A stretch of 64,000 nt of DNA from Gammaproteobacteria bacterium (lineage in GTDB: Bacteria > Pseudomonadota > Gammaproteobacteria > UBA4575): the NCBI GenBank assembly GCA_045105615.1, contig JBGCDS010000027.1:3036-67035 (forward strand). The letters are read 5' to 3'. This document shows, in pieces, positions 40,961 through 51,159 of the stretch. The notes below the pieces were generated by a model that saw only the letters and a list, made by a program, of their open reading frames with translations, had not been told where the DNA came from and did not search any database. The number at the start of each line of letters is the position of its first letter. The stretch's first letter is position 1. The position numbers were made by a program, and so were the translations under genes.

Positions 40961-42243
40961 AAATTGCCATTATAGGTTCAGGCATCTCAGGCCTAACCAT
41001 TGCACATCATTTGCATCATGACCATGATATTCATGTGTTTGAAAAAAATAGTTATGTCGGCGGCCACTCGAATACTATCGATGTTAACGAAGGTGATACT
41101 AACGTTGCAATTGATACTGGGTTCATTGTTCTAAACGACTGGACTTACCCCAACTTCGAAGCATTACTAAAATCATTAAAAGTCGAAGTGGAAAACTCTG
41201 AAATGAGTTTTTCGGCTAAATGCGAACTCAGTAAATTCGAGTGGTGCGGGAAAGGTATTCAAGGCCTCGCCTTAAACAGAAACAACTGGTATCGCATTAA
41301 GTCATACCAAATATTATTTGATTTTTTACGCTTCAATAAATTAGCTAAAAATCTCATCACTAAAAATAACTCCCAACTAACATTAGGAGAGTTTCTAAAA
41401 CAAAACAATTTCACTAAAGCATTCACAAAATATTACATATTACCTATGGGAGCGGCTATATGGTCTTCATCAACTGAAGATATATACGACTATCCAGCTC
41501 ATAGCTTTTTAGCATTCTTCAACAACCATGGACTACTTAATATAAAAATCAGACCCCAATGGAAAACCATAGTTGGCGGCTCTAGACAGTATGTAAACAA
41601 ACTGATCCAACCATTCTCAGGAAATATATCGCTAGATTCTACTATCACCCATATTGAACGTAATAATGACAAAGTCGTTATCCACCATCAGAGCAAATCT
41701 CCCGACATGTTTGATCATGTCATTTTTGCCTGTCATAGCGATCAAGCATTAGCGTTACTTATACAACCATCTCATGATGAGCAAAAAACTTTAGAGAAAA
41801 TCAGGTATCAATACAACGAAGCTGTATTACATACAGATGAAGACTTAATGCCAAGCAACAAAAAATCCTGGTGCGCCTGGAATTATTTACTACCAAAACA
41901 AGAAGACACATGCGCCAAAGTCACTTATTACATGAATCGTTTACAGCCGCTACAGACAAAAAATAATTATTTCGTCTCACTGAACTTAACTGACCGAATT
42001 AATCCAGAAAAAATTATTAGAACAATTAGCTATCAACACCCTGTATTTGACAAGCCCGCAATAGATGCGCAGAAAAATCTAAAGCTCCTTAATGGAAAGC
42101 ATAATACTTGGTTTTGTGGTGCTTACTGGAGAAATGGCTTTCACGAAGATGGTGTCTGGAGCGCACTAACAACCCTAAAACAATTCAAACACGAGGTTAG
42201 CAACGCTGATGATAAACAGCTGCATTTACAAAGGGCAAGTTAG
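40957..42243 (+). CDS. FAD-dependent amine-oxidase-like oxidoreductase (UfaD-like candidate)
   Basis: IAIIGSGISGL dinucleotide motif; 428 aa. Confidence 0.7.
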   Translation: MKIAIIGSGISGLTIAHHLHHDHDIHVFEKNSYVGGHSNTIDVNEGDTNVAIDTGFIVLNDWTYPNFEALLKSLKVEVENSEMSFSAKCELSKFEWCGKGIQGLALNRNNWYRIKSYQILFDFLRFNKLAKNLITKNNSQLTLGEFLKQNNFTKAFTKYYILPMGAAIWSSSTEDIYDYPAHSFLAFFNNHGLLNIKIRPQWKTIVGGSRQYVNKLIQPFSGNISLDSTITHIERNNDKVVIHHQSKSPDMFDHVIFACHSDQALALLIQPSHDEQKTLEKIRYQYNEAVLHTDEDLMPSNKKSWCAWNYLLPKQEDTCAKVTYYMNRLQPLQTKNNYFVSLNLTDRINPEKIIRTISYQHPVFDKPAIDAQKNLKLLNGKHNTWFCGAYWRNGFHEDGVWSALTTLKQFKHEVSNADDKQLHLQRAS

Positions 42244-42958
42244 TCATCGCCGATTTGAGCCTCGCGCGCACAGTTTTACATATTCACTATTTATGATGTA
42301 TGTAGACTTGGAAGAACTAGATACACTGACCAGCAAACATTCCGCCCTGTCTCACAACAAACCTGGGCTAGCAGCATTTTATAGAAAAGACCACCACGGC
42401 AATGATTCAGAATCATTATCGAATTCAATCCGTTCTCTCGTAAAAGAAAGGACCGGGGACTCTATAGAGGGCTCTATTCGCCTACTCACACACTTTCGCT
42501 ACTTCGGTCATGTCTTCAATCCGATCAGCTTATATTTTTGTTACGACAAACAAAATAAAAATGTGACCCATGTTGTTGCCGAAGTCACGAACACACCTTG
42601 GAAGAAGCAACACTGCTATGTTTTATCAGGGGAAACAAGTGGAAATACCTTCATCACACCCAAACAGCGCAAAGTATTTCATGTGTCGCCATTCATGAAC
42701 ATGGATATGGATTATCGATGGCACATCCAAATACCCAACGAGACCCTTAATGTAAGAATAGAAAACATTAAAGATCAATCAAAGTTATTTGATGCATCAA
42801 TCAACCTTAAGAAACTTGAATTAACTTCCAGCAATATAACTAAGACTCTATTGAATTTCCCCTTGATGACTATAAAGGTTGTTAGCGCAATCCACTTTCA
42901 AGCACTCAAGCTATGGCTAAAAGGGATTAAATACGTACCCCATCCAAAAAATAATTAG
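42209..42958 (+). CDS. DUF1365-family protein (UfaO-like candidate)
   Basis: N-terminus ..IYKGQVSHRRF..; position between FAD oxidase and cfa-like gene. Confidence 0.65.
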   Translation: MINSCIYKGQVSHRRFEPRAHSFTYSLFMMYVDLEELDTLTSKHSALSHNKPGLAAFYRKDHHGNDSESLSNSIRSLVKERTGDSIEGSIRLLTHFRYFGHVFNPISLYFCYDKQNKNVTHVVAEVTNTPWKKQHCYVLSGETSGNTFITPKQRKVFHVSPFMNMDMDYRWHIQIPNETLNVRIENIKDQSKLFDASINLKKLELTSSNITKTLLNFPLMTIKVVSAIHFQALKLWLKGIKYVPHPKNN

Positions 42959-42966
42959 GTAGAACA

Positions 42967-44235
42967 ATGTCTATTATTCCAAATCAAAATAAAAACATAC
43001 AACAAAACTATCAAGGCAACTGGCTTGATAGTATCGCCATGTCTATATTGCTAAAAAAACTAGACAACATTAAAACTGGTCTATTGCAAATCTATGTCGA
43101 CAACATGCTTTACGAATTCGGAAACACCAATAGCAAAAGTGATATTCACGCCGTGATTCGCGTGCAGGACATGAGGGCATTTAGAGCAATCATCACTGGT
43201 GGAGAACCCGCTGCTGGAAAGACCTATATTGACGGCTGGTGGACATCAGATGATTTAATCGAAGTGTTACGTATATTCACTGTAAACAGACATGCATTGT
43301 TTGGTTTCAAGCATGGCGTTGCATCTTTAGCAAAAACTATAAGCCGATTCTCAAATAATATTCTTAGGAACACGTTAAAAGGTTCAAAACGAAACATCAA
43401 AGCCCATTACGATATAGGAAATGACCTATACGAGCTATTCCTAGATGAAAACATGATGTATTCATCTGCTTATTTTCGCAACGAAAACGAAAGCCTGACA
43501 AGCGCATCCGAATACAAACTTAAACTCATCTGCGAGAAATTAGATTTACAAGCTTCAGACAGAGTGATAGAAATTGGCGCCGGCTGGGGAGGCTTCGCTA
43601 TCTATGCAGCCCAAAATTATGGTTGCCATGTAACAACAACGACCATCTCTGACCAACAGTTTGATCATGCAACCGCCAGGGTAAATACATTAAAGTTAAC
43701 GAAACGCATTAACGTTATCAAACAAGACTATCGTGCCCTTTCTGGAAGCTATGACAAATTAGTCTCTATTGAAATGATTGAATCCGTAGGCCATCAATAT
43801 ATGGATAGTTATTTCAGCATTTGCAACAGGTTGCTTAAACCATCAGGCGCAATGCTAATCCAATCTATTACCATGTCCGATTACCTATTTAAAGATTACA
43901 TCAACTCAACAGATTTCATTAGAAAATATGTATTTCCAGGAGGCTGCTTAACTAGCACAAACTCTATGATGTCATCAGTAGCCAAGCATACAGATCTAAC
44001 CCTCTATCATAGCGAAAGCTTTGCATCTAGCTACGCCAGAACCCTCAAAATGTGGCATCAAAACTTTCATAAAAACAAGGACAAGGTCATTGAACTTGGC
44101 TACTCAACAAATTTTATAAGATTGTGGGAATATTATATAAAGTACTGTCAAGCTGGATTCGAGAATAGAATCATTGACGTTCATCACCTGGTGTTAAAAA
44201 AGCCTGACAATCGCTTCAATCACCTTTCAGCCTAA
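42967..44235 (+). CDS. cfa: cyclopropane-fatty-acyl-phospholipid synthase family SAM-dependent methyltransferase (UfaM-like candidate)
   Basis: VIEIGAGWGG SAM motif; 422 aa CFA-synthase architecture. Confidence 0.8.
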   Translation: MSIIPNQNKNIQQNYQGNWLDSIAMSILLKKLDNIKTGLLQIYVDNMLYEFGNTNSKSDIHAVIRVQDMRAFRAIITGGEPAAGKTYIDGWWTSDDLIEVLRIFTVNRHALFGFKHGVASLAKTISRFSNNILRNTLKGSKRNIKAHYDIGNDLYELFLDENMMYSSAYFRNENESLTSASEYKLKLICEKLDLQASDRVIEIGAGWGGFAIYAAQNYGCHVTTTTISDQQFDHATARVNTLKLTKRINVIKQDYRALSGSYDKLVSIEMIESVGHQYMDSYFSICNRLLKPSGAMLIQSITMSDYLFKDYINSTDFIRKYVFPGGCLTSTNSMMSSVAKHTDLTLYHSESFASSYARTLKMWHQNFHKNKDKVIELGYSTNFIRLWEYYIKYCQAGFENRIIDVHHLVLKKPDNRFNHLSA

Positions 44236-44239
44236 CAAA

Positions 44240-44803
44240 ATGAAGCTATCCCCTCATACAGCTTTTTTAATATTTAACTTTCTTGGCTTACAAATCACCT
44301 GGGCCGCATGCGCTTATGGTGCAACAAACTCAATGCCAATTTTAGGCGTGGTAGTTGGACTAATCTATATCGCCTTGCACCTGTTATTAACAAAAGTACG
44401 CAATCAAGATTTATTAATATTATTGACTATTAGCATTATCGGGATAAGCGTAGATCATATAAACACATACTTGGGCTTAATGGCATTCACACCTAACAAC
44501 ACAACACACTCAGTCATTCCATTATGGCTTATAATCTTATGGATGGTATTTTCATTAATGCTGCCACACAGTTTGAACTGGTTAGGAAAAAATACGGCAC
44601 TTTCATTTCTTATCGGCGGCCTTGGCGGCGCAAGTAGTTATTGGCTAGGACACAAACTTAGCGCTATAAGCATATCAGAGCCATTATTATTAAACATTTC
44701 AATTCTATTTATTGAATGGGCAGTTATATGCACTGTTGCCTATCGAATACTAGCATTCATAAGAGCTAAAATATCCAACAAGCAGTTAATAACTAACCCC
44801 TAA
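44240..44803 (+). CDS. DUF2878-family membrane protein
   Basis: 187 aa, 5-6 TM; conserved partner of cfa/DUF1365 clusters. Confidence 0.55.
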   Translation: MKLSPHTAFLIFNFLGLQITWAACAYGATNSMPILGVVVGLIYIALHLLLTKVRNQDLLILLTISIIGISVDHINTYLGLMAFTPNNTTHSVIPLWLIILWMVFSLMLPHSLNWLGKNTALSFLIGGLGGASSYWLGHKLSAISISEPLLLNISILFIEWAVICTVAYRILAFIRAKISNKQLITNP

Positions 44804-45415
44804 GCCACCTAGTCCACAATAACCTCGTGGATTCTTTGCTAAGTATTGCTGATGAAAATCCTCTGCATAATAAAACTCTGGCGCTGATATGACTTCTGTC
44901 GTTATGCGCCCATGCCCAGCTTTTGTTAATTTGGCAGCATATAGTTGCTTTGATTTTTCTACCACCTCTAACTGCGATTGATTGTACACATAGACCCCAG
45001 AACGATATTGAGTTCCCTTATCATTACCTTGGCGCATCCCTTGAGTAGGGTTGTGTGATTCCCAAAAGATACTCAGCAGCTCTTCAAGCGTAATTTTACC
45101 AGGATCGAACATTACTAATACCACTTCATTGTGTCCGGTTAAACCTGTACACACTTCTTCATAACTAGGGTTGAGCGTTATACCTGCGGCATAGCCTACC
45201 GCCGTCGAGTAGACACCTTCTATCTGCCAGAATTTTCTTTCCGCCCCCCAAAAGCATCCCAGCCCAAACATGATTTTCTCTATATGGTCGGGGAATGGTG
45301 GCTTGATAGGATTCTCTTTCACAAAATGTAATGGAGAAACCAGCATAGCTGTATCACGTCCAGGCAGAGCTTCCTGCTGTGTTGGCATTCTTTCTTTAAT
45401 ACTTAACATACTCAC
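44786..45415 (-). CDS. msrA: peptide methionine sulfoxide reductase MsrA
   Basis: GLGCFWGAE active site. Confidence 0.9.
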   Translation of the reverse strand: MSMLSIKERMPTQQEALPGRDTAMLVSPLHFVKENPIKPPFPDHIEKIMFGLGCFWGAERKFWQIEGVYSTAVGYAAGITLNPSYEEVCTGLTGHNEVVLVMFDPGKITLEELLSIFWESHNPTQGMRQGNDKGTQYRSGVYVYNQSQLEVVEKSKQLYAAKLTKAGHGRITTEVISAPEFYYAEDFHQQYLAKNPRGYCGLGGLGVSY

Positions 45416-45421
45416 TACAAT

Positions 45422-45916
45422 TCACCTTACTAATTGTTTCATGATATTGGACTCACGCTGGAAAAACCCCTTTGTGTGCAACGAATCTTCCAACTGATAA
45501 TACTCATAGTCTAAATGATGACAGAACTCATGCACCAAAGTTCTCAAATAAGTTTTGAACGCAACCACCTGTAGTCTTTTTGCTGTGCGCATCCATACAT
45601 AAATTCTTGCGCGCGGTCGCGACTCATCAACTGGCTCATACAAACCATGCAATTCACTTGCATCGTCATGCGGCCTTCTTTCCAGCACATGTACACGCAC
45701 ATTAGAAGAATTAAGCTGTAAACATATTGCATCAATTAAGTGCTGACTAGACCTTTCAACAAATTGTAAATTTTCCAATGATAGCTGATGATTTATTTCC
45801 TGCGCCATTTGTTGCAGTTCTATTAGCTGATTTAATTTAACTGCAGGCAAGGCATCACTATTCCTGGCTATTTCTTTTTGTGCCCGGGTAAAGCGATTAT
45901 AGCTAGGATAAGCCAT
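45422..45916 (-). CDS. SprT-like zinc metallopeptidase-fold protein
   Basis: LVHEFCHHLDYEYY HExxH; 164 aa. Confidence 0.55.
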   Translation of the reverse strand: MAYPSYNRFTRAQKEIARNSDALPAVKLNQLIELQQMAQEINHQLSLENLQFVERSSQHLIDAICLQLNSSNVRVHVLERRPHDDASELHGLYEPVDESRPRARIYVWMRTAKRLQVVAFKTYLRTLVHEFCHHLDYEYYQLEDSLHTKGFFQRESNIMKQLVR

Positions 45917-45922
45917 GCTTAG

Positions 45923-46690
45923 TTAAATATGTAAGCCCAGCACTTCACATGCGTTAAGCAAAGTTTGTTGTGCTACCTCTTGCACAGGCATTAACCTTAT
46001 TTCTGCTAGCGACTGTAAACAATGAGGCAAATACTCCGGACTATTTCTCTCACCACGATGTTGCTCGACCGCCATATCCGGCGAATCAGTTTCTAACACT
46101 ATGGATTCCATTGGCAATTCACCTGCTAGCTTTCTTAATTTCGAAGACCTTTCATAAGTCAACATGCCGCCAAAGCCAAATTTAAAATGATTGGCTTGAT
46201 AACGCTCAGCCTGCTGAAGACTGCCATTAAAAGCATGCACGATGCCGCCAATGACAGGGAATTTCTTTAAACATCTCAATACGTCCTCATGTGCTTTTCG
46301 CACATGCAAAATCACTGGCAAATTAACTTCACAGGCCAATTCTAATTGTCGCTCGAATAACAATATCTGTTTATCAACATGAAAAGACTTATTATAAAAA
46401 TCCAATCCAATTTCACCAATCGCGACAGGATGATTGTCAGCGACACACTCACGCAAGTCACCAATATGATCCAAGTCATGTTCTTGCACAAACATTGGAT
46501 GCAGCCCTAACGCATAATGCATATCCTTCGATTGCCCGCAAAGCGATATTAGTGATCCCCAGCTTGCCTGCTTAACTGCCGGAATCACAAATCCGCTTAA
46601 GCCATTTTCCCGTGCGCGCTTAAGCACATCATCGCGATCATGCTCGAACACATCAAAATCAAGATGGCAATGGGTATCAATTATTTGCAT
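45923..46690 (-). CDS. tatD: TatD-family metal-dependent hydrolase
   Basis: MQIIDTHCHLDF start; 255 aa. Confidence 0.85.
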   Translation of the reverse strand: MQIIDTHCHLDFDVFEHDRDDVLKRARENGLSGFVIPAVKQASWGSLISLCGQSKDMHYALGLHPMFVQEHDLDHIGDLRECVADNHPVAIGEIGLDFYNKSFHVDKQILLFERQLELACEVNLPVILHVRKAHEDVLRCLKKFPVIGGIVHAFNGSLQQAERYQANHFKFGFGGMLTYERSSKLRKLAGELPMESIVLETDSPDMAVEQHRGERNSPEYLPHCLQSLAEIRLMPVQEVAQQTLLNACEVLGLHI

Positions 46691-46740
46691 AAAAATAAGT
46701 CGTTGCCCTTAACATAATTTTATTCAATTATAAGCATATT

Positions 46741-47520
46741 ATGAGCAAACAAACTTCCAGACGATTTATTGGAATTGAACGGCTTTATGGCCAACAAGCA
46801 TACCAAAAAATCACAAACAGCCATATCTGTGTCATAGGGATTGGGGGCGTTGGCTCGTGGGTAGTGGAGTCTTTAGCGCGTAGTGGTGTAGAGCAATTAA
46901 CTTTAATAGACTTAGACCATATTGCAGAATCGAATATCAACCGACAGATACATGCATTATCAGAAACACTTGGGCAATCAAAAATCATTGCCATGCAGGA
47001 ACGCATTGCATCCATTAACCCAAACTGCATAGTTAATTTAATTGACGATCATTTATCTTGCGACAATATCCCGCAACTACTCAATCCCTCGTTCAATTAC
47101 ATTATTGATTGTATCGATCAATTTCGCATTAAGGCTTGCCTCATCCATCACTGCAGAAACAACAAAATTGACTTGCTCACTATTGGAGGCGCCGGAGGCA
47201 AAATAGACCCAACACGTATTCAAGTTGATGATCTTAGTCGCTCCTCAGGTGACTCTTTACTCGCCAAAACGCGCAAGCAACTTCGCACACAGCATGATTT
47301 CCCAAGAGACTTACGCCGTAGATTTGATATTTCATGTGTATTTTCCTCTGAACAATTACGCTATCCCACAGACAGTCACGAGGTCAGCACAAATAAATCC
47401 GAATGCAGCAATTTGAGTGGCCTTAACTGCGCAAACGGCTTTGGCTCTCTGTCTGCGGTAACGGCTACATTTGGCATGATAGCTTGTGCACATGCCCTTA
47501 ATAAGATCAGCAATAACTGA
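46741..47520 (+). CDS. tcdA: tRNA threonylcarbamoyladenosine dehydratase (ThiF/MoeB-like E1 fold)
   Basis: VIGIGGVGSW nucleotide motif; 259 aa. Confidence 0.8.
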   Translation: MSKQTSRRFIGIERLYGQQAYQKITNSHICVIGIGGVGSWVVESLARSGVEQLTLIDLDHIAESNINRQIHALSETLGQSKIIAMQERIASINPNCIVNLIDDHLSCDNIPQLLNPSFNYIIDCIDQFRIKACLIHHCRNNKIDLLTIGGAGGKIDPTRIQVDDLSRSSGDSLLAKTRKQLRTQHDFPRDLRRRFDISCVFSSEQLRYPTDSHEVSTNKSECSNLSGLNCANGFGSLSAVTATFGMIACAHALNKISNN

Positions 47521-47547
47521 ATATCACTAGCTAGTCGGCTATAATCA

Positions 47548-47567
47548 CTCGGTTAGCCGAGCTTTTT
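47548..47567 (+). terminator. weak rho-independent terminator after tcdA
   Basis: ctcgg-ttag-ccgag followed by cttttt. Confidence 0.35.
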
Positions 47568-47748
47568 CAAATATTATTTTACCTTATACACAGAACAACC
47601 TATAATGAACCCAGATGTTTATATCTATAAATAAACATCCCACAAATGGCGCGGCTCTTATATGTATACCCGCCTTTGTTTTTATATTCACATATCAACT
47701 TACAATTATTATCGGCGAAATTATTTTCTGCCCTTAAAGGACTATTTT

Positions 47749-48552
47749 ATGACGGAACAAAAACCCGAGCAAAAAACCGAACAAAAACCCGAAGATATCA
47801 GCATTAGTCAAACTGTGGCTATCCTCATTGACGGCAACAATATTGAAAGAAGTATTCACGATCAGACTAAAGACGCGAATACCATGCTCAACTTCGACAA
47901 ATTAATTCCCAAATTATTAGGTAACCGCGGACTAAATCGACTTATCTATTTCCGCGAAGGCAAGCAAATATCACAGAAGCTGAAAGATCGCCTTCACGAA
48001 TTTTTCCATGGCTCAGTTCGCCCTTGTCACAAATCTGCAGACATCCCTCTATCAATTAATGCCATGCAGTTAGCAAGCAAAGTTGACACTATCGTCATCA
48101 TGTCTGGTGATTCTGACTACATCGAGCTTGTAAGACATTTAAAATCTGAAGGTGTACGCGTAGAAATTGCGTCAGTTGATGCAACCACTGCACATATCAT
48201 CAAGGAAGAATGCGATCACCATTATCGTATTAATGAAGCAGATTGGTTCACCTATGCACCAAAGCAGGCAAACCAAAACAACAAACAAAATAAACGTCGC
48301 TCTAACAAAAAAACACAAAACAATCAGAACGACAAGCAAGCAGCGACAGAAACAGATACCAATGATGACAACAAAAACAGCAAACCAAAAAATACTGTTA
48401 AAAAAGCTGCTAGCAACAAAAGCAAGGGCAGCAAAGAAGAACGCCAACCCACTTCCAACGAGTCAGACATCATAGCCACAGTTAAAGAGAAGTCTTCACG
48501 CAAATATGAGCCCGAATATCCTCAGAGCCAATATATTGAACCCACTTCGTAA
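47749..48552 (+). CDS. NYN/LabA-like domain protein with N-terminal EQKPE repeats and K/N/Q-rich low-complexity tail
   Basis: AILIDGNNIERS...MSGDSDYIELVRHLKSEGVRVEIASV NYN core; ORF-track start 47662 judged extension. Confidence 0.65.
   Translation: MTEQKPEQKTEQKPEDISISQTVAILIDGNNIERSIHDQTKDANTMLNFDKLIPKLLGNRGLNRLIYFREGKQISQKLKDRLHEFFHGSVRPCHKSADIPLSINAMQLASKVDTIVIMSGDSDYIELVRHLKSEGVRVEIASVDATTAHIIKEECDHHYRINEADWFTYAPKQANQNNKQNKRRSNKKTQNNQNDKQAATETDTNDDNKNSKPKNTVKKAASNKSKGSKEERQPTSNESDIIATVKEKSSRKYEPEYPQSQYIEPTS
47755..47790 (+). repeat. 3 x 12-bp tandem repeat (gaacaaaaaccc) within N-terminus of NYN gene
   Basis: seen directly; encodes EQKPEQKTEQKP. Confidence 0.7.
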
Positions 48553-48596
48553 CAATTCTTTAATAATCATCACCACGCTTCCCGTCAAGGTGGAGC

Positions 48597-49253
48597 GTGA
48601 CTGATTTTATCTCCAGCTGGCGATTTAGCTTACTGCTATTAGCCTTAGTCACAAACATATTGCTTGCACCCCTACTTGGAAAAGTCAGCTCTCAACTTGC
48701 CTTCAGCTTACTAATCATTATCATGGTATTTGTACTGGGAAATAATCGCAAAGTTATTTTCAGCTACATTGCTTTAGCCTGCGCAGCATTACTATGCTCT
48801 TGGGCCCATCTAGCAGATAGCAGTTACCAAAACATTTTAGTACTGACGCATTTGTTTACATTCTCAGCATTAACGCTAGTCATTGCACTCATTATTAAAA
48901 ATATCTTTTCTAATGACGCTGTCACTATTGACACCATATCCGAATCGTTATGCGCTTATTTACTTCTAGGTTTTGCCTTCGCCTCAGTATATGGACTTAT
49001 CGACACCATTCAGCCAGGATCATTTCTTTCATCATTAAATGGGCAGATCATTCCCTTCTCAACTGAAGACGCAGGACTCAATAGAATTTATTTCAGCTTC
49101 ATTACTTTATTAACAGTTGGCTATGGCGACATCGTTCCCAATCTCCCTATAGCTAAGTTAATGACAATAATAGAAGGGTTCTTTGGGCAAATTTATTTAG
49201 TTGTACTTATCGCTAGATTAGTTGGCATGCATGTTTCACAGAGAAACAACTAA
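48597..49253 (+). CDS. two-TM potassium channel (TVGYGD selectivity filter)
   Basis: GTG start with AAGGTGGAG RBS; TLLTVGYGDIVP. Confidence 0.8.
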   Translation: MTDFISSWRFSLLLLALVTNILLAPLLGKVSSQLAFSLLIIIMVFVLGNNRKVIFSYIALACAALLCSWAHLADSSYQNILVLTHLFTFSALTLVIALIIKNIFSNDAVTIDTISESLCAYLLLGFAFASVYGLIDTIQPGSFLSSLNGQIIPFSTEDAGLNRIYFSFITLLTVGYGDIVPNLPIAKLMTIIEGFFGQIYLVVLIARLVGMHVSQRNN

Positions 49254-49340
49254 TAAACCTCGCCCAATCACTCGGGGACAAGATTAATTCATTTATTAGT
49301 GGCTAATTTGTTGTCTCAAAAACAATATTAAAATCTAAAC

Positions 49341-50213
49341 TTACAAACTTACTTGCAGCATATATTGATGCAAAAATTTACCAAACTCTTTAATACGAGC
49401 AACTTGCCTTAAATCAGGGTGCATTAAAATCCATAACCCGTCTTTAAATTTAGGCTCAACATCAAACAACCTAACTAAATTTTGATTAAAATAATTGGTA
49501 GGTAGCACAGCCACTCCCAAATCTTGATCACATAAAGAAGATATTGTTTTCACATCACTAGCAAAACAACTAAAGTTATCCATTGAATACTGGCGCATTA
49601 ACCATTTGTAAGCTTCTATCCTTAACAGCGATTCATCAGCGCCTATTAAATCGTAATCACTTAGATCTTTCGTTTTAATAGGCGCACCATTTTTCTTCAC
49701 GTATGCCTTACTAGCATATGCTGACCAAGTAAGATCCGTGACTTTACGGCCTAATAGATAATCTGGAGGATTATTGGTTGTACGAATAGCAATGTCAGCG
49801 TCTCGCCGTGATAGATCATACAACGCACTACTGACAATAACGTTTACTGAAATACGCGGATGATCTATGCGGAATTTAGCCACGCAAGGAACCAGTAAAT
49901 GCTCAGCAATAGATAGTGGCGAAGTGACACGAATCTCCCCAGACAGCTCATAGTCTTTTCCCGCTACAGCACGCTCCAATGAATGTATTGAGTTCTCCGC
50001 TAACTGCGCATACTCAAGTACTGTATGACCTATCTGTGTTAACTCATAACCTTCAATCCGACGCTCAAACAACCGAGCTCCAAGCTTATCTTCAATTGCA
50101 TTGATTCGACGAAATACAGTTGAGTGATTCACTTTCAGACCTTTTGAAGCACCCATAAGCGTGCCTGATTTAGCCACTGCCAAAAAATATGGTAGATCAT
50201 TCCAGTCAATCAT
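49341..50213 (-). CDS. LysR-family transcriptional regulator
   Basis: start at MIDWNDLPYFLAVAKSGTL (HTH); ~290 aa. Confidence 0.85.
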   Translation of the reverse strand: MIDWNDLPYFLAVAKSGTLMGASKGLKVNHSTVFRRINAIEDKLGARLFERRIEGYELTQIGHTVLEYAQLAENSIHSLERAVAGKDYELSGEIRVTSPLSIAEHLLVPCVAKFRIDHPRISVNVIVSSALYDLSRRDADIAIRTTNNPPDYLLGRKVTDLTWSAYASKAYVKKNGAPIKTKDLSDYDLIGADESLLRIEAYKWLMRQYSMDNFSCFASDVKTISSLCDQDLGVAVLPTNYFNQNLVRLFDVEPKFKDGLWILMHPDLRQVARIKEFGKFLHQYMLQVSL

Positions 50214-50226
50214 GTCTTTGCACTTT

Positions 50227-50243
50227 TGCAAATATATATTGCA
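50227..50243. promoter_or_regulatory. palindromic LysR-type box TGCAA-N7-TTGCA in divergent promoter
   Basis: tgcaaatatatattgca seen directly between lysR and SDR gene. Confidence 0.45.
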
Positions 50244-50337
50244 CATATTGTCGATTAACTTGCCTATATGCAAGTGATAATATTTCACTCAATCACAAAC
50301 AAAACTAATTTTTAACCTTCTTTTCGAGGAAACAGAT

Positions 50338-51087
50338 ATGACAAATAACATAGACATCAGCAACAAAGTTGCCCTTATAACTGGAGCGAATCGTGGCATT
50401 GGAAAAGTAATTGCAGAGTCATTCCTCGATAACGGCGCTAAAAAAGTTTACGCTGCTGTGAGAGATACTGATTCAGCAAACGAGTTAATTGAAAAATATG
50501 GTGACCGCGTATCAACTATCAAAATTGACCTTGCTAATCCTCAATCGATTACTGATGCAGCCAAAATTGCTACTGATGCTGAAATAATCGTTAATAATGC
50601 AGGCGTGCTCACTTCGACAACACCACTAGATAGTAGTGCTGTAGAAAATCTCAGCTTTGAAATGGACATAAACGTTGGCGGACTAATAAGAATGGCTCAA
50701 GCTTTTTCACCAGTATTAAAACAAAATGGTGGTGGCGCATTAATTCAACTTAATTCAATTGCATCGATAAAAAACTTCGTGCCATTTACTACCTATTCTG
50801 CATCTAAAGCAGCAGCCTATTCAGTCACTCAATCATTAAAAGACCTATTGGGCGAACAGGGCACTTTTGTCATGAGCGTTCACCCTGGGCCTATTGCGAC
50901 CGATATGGGCGACGCTGCTGGATTAACTGATATTGCAGAACCAGCATCATTAGTGTCTGATGCCATTATAGAAGGCTTAAAACAAGGCGCTTTCCATGTA
51001 TTCCCGGACACAATGGCTAAACAAGTAGAAAGTGCATACCACTACTACGCAGAAAATGTGGTGGAAGCGAATTTAATGGAAGGATAA
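50338..51087 (+). CDS. short-chain dehydrogenase/reductase (SDR)
   Basis: TGANRGIGK motif; YSASKAA. Confidence 0.8.
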   Translation: MTNNIDISNKVALITGANRGIGKVIAESFLDNGAKKVYAAVRDTDSANELIEKYGDRVSTIKIDLANPQSITDAAKIATDAEIIVNNAGVLTSTTPLDSSAVENLSFEMDINVGGLIRMAQAFSPVLKQNGGGALIQLNSIASIKNFVPFTTYSASKAAAYSVTQSLKDLLGEQGTFVMSVHPGPIATDMGDAAGLTDIAEPASLVSDAIIEGLKQGAFHVFPDTMAKQVESAYHYYAENVVEANLMEG

Positions 51088-51104
51088 ACAGCCCTATACA
51101 CTAA

Positions 51105-51141
51105 AGAGTAGTTATTTTTGTACAAACTTAATAACTGCTCT
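51105..51141. terminator. hairpin (12-bp stem, 1 mismatch) between convergent SDR and merT-like genes
   Basis: agagtagttatt-N13-aataactgctct. Confidence 0.45.
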
Positions 51142-51159
51142 AAGTGTTTCCACAAAAAA

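Noticed and set aside
48167-48475. A-rich repetitive stretch and overlapping ORFs 48167..48475 (+) and 48172..48447 (-), first considered as a repeat array or CRISPR-like feature
   Set aside because: The stretch is in frame with the NYN-domain ORF and encodes a K/N/Q-rich tail. It has no direct-repeat or spacer periodicity. The other-frame ORFs are by-products of low-complexity DNA.
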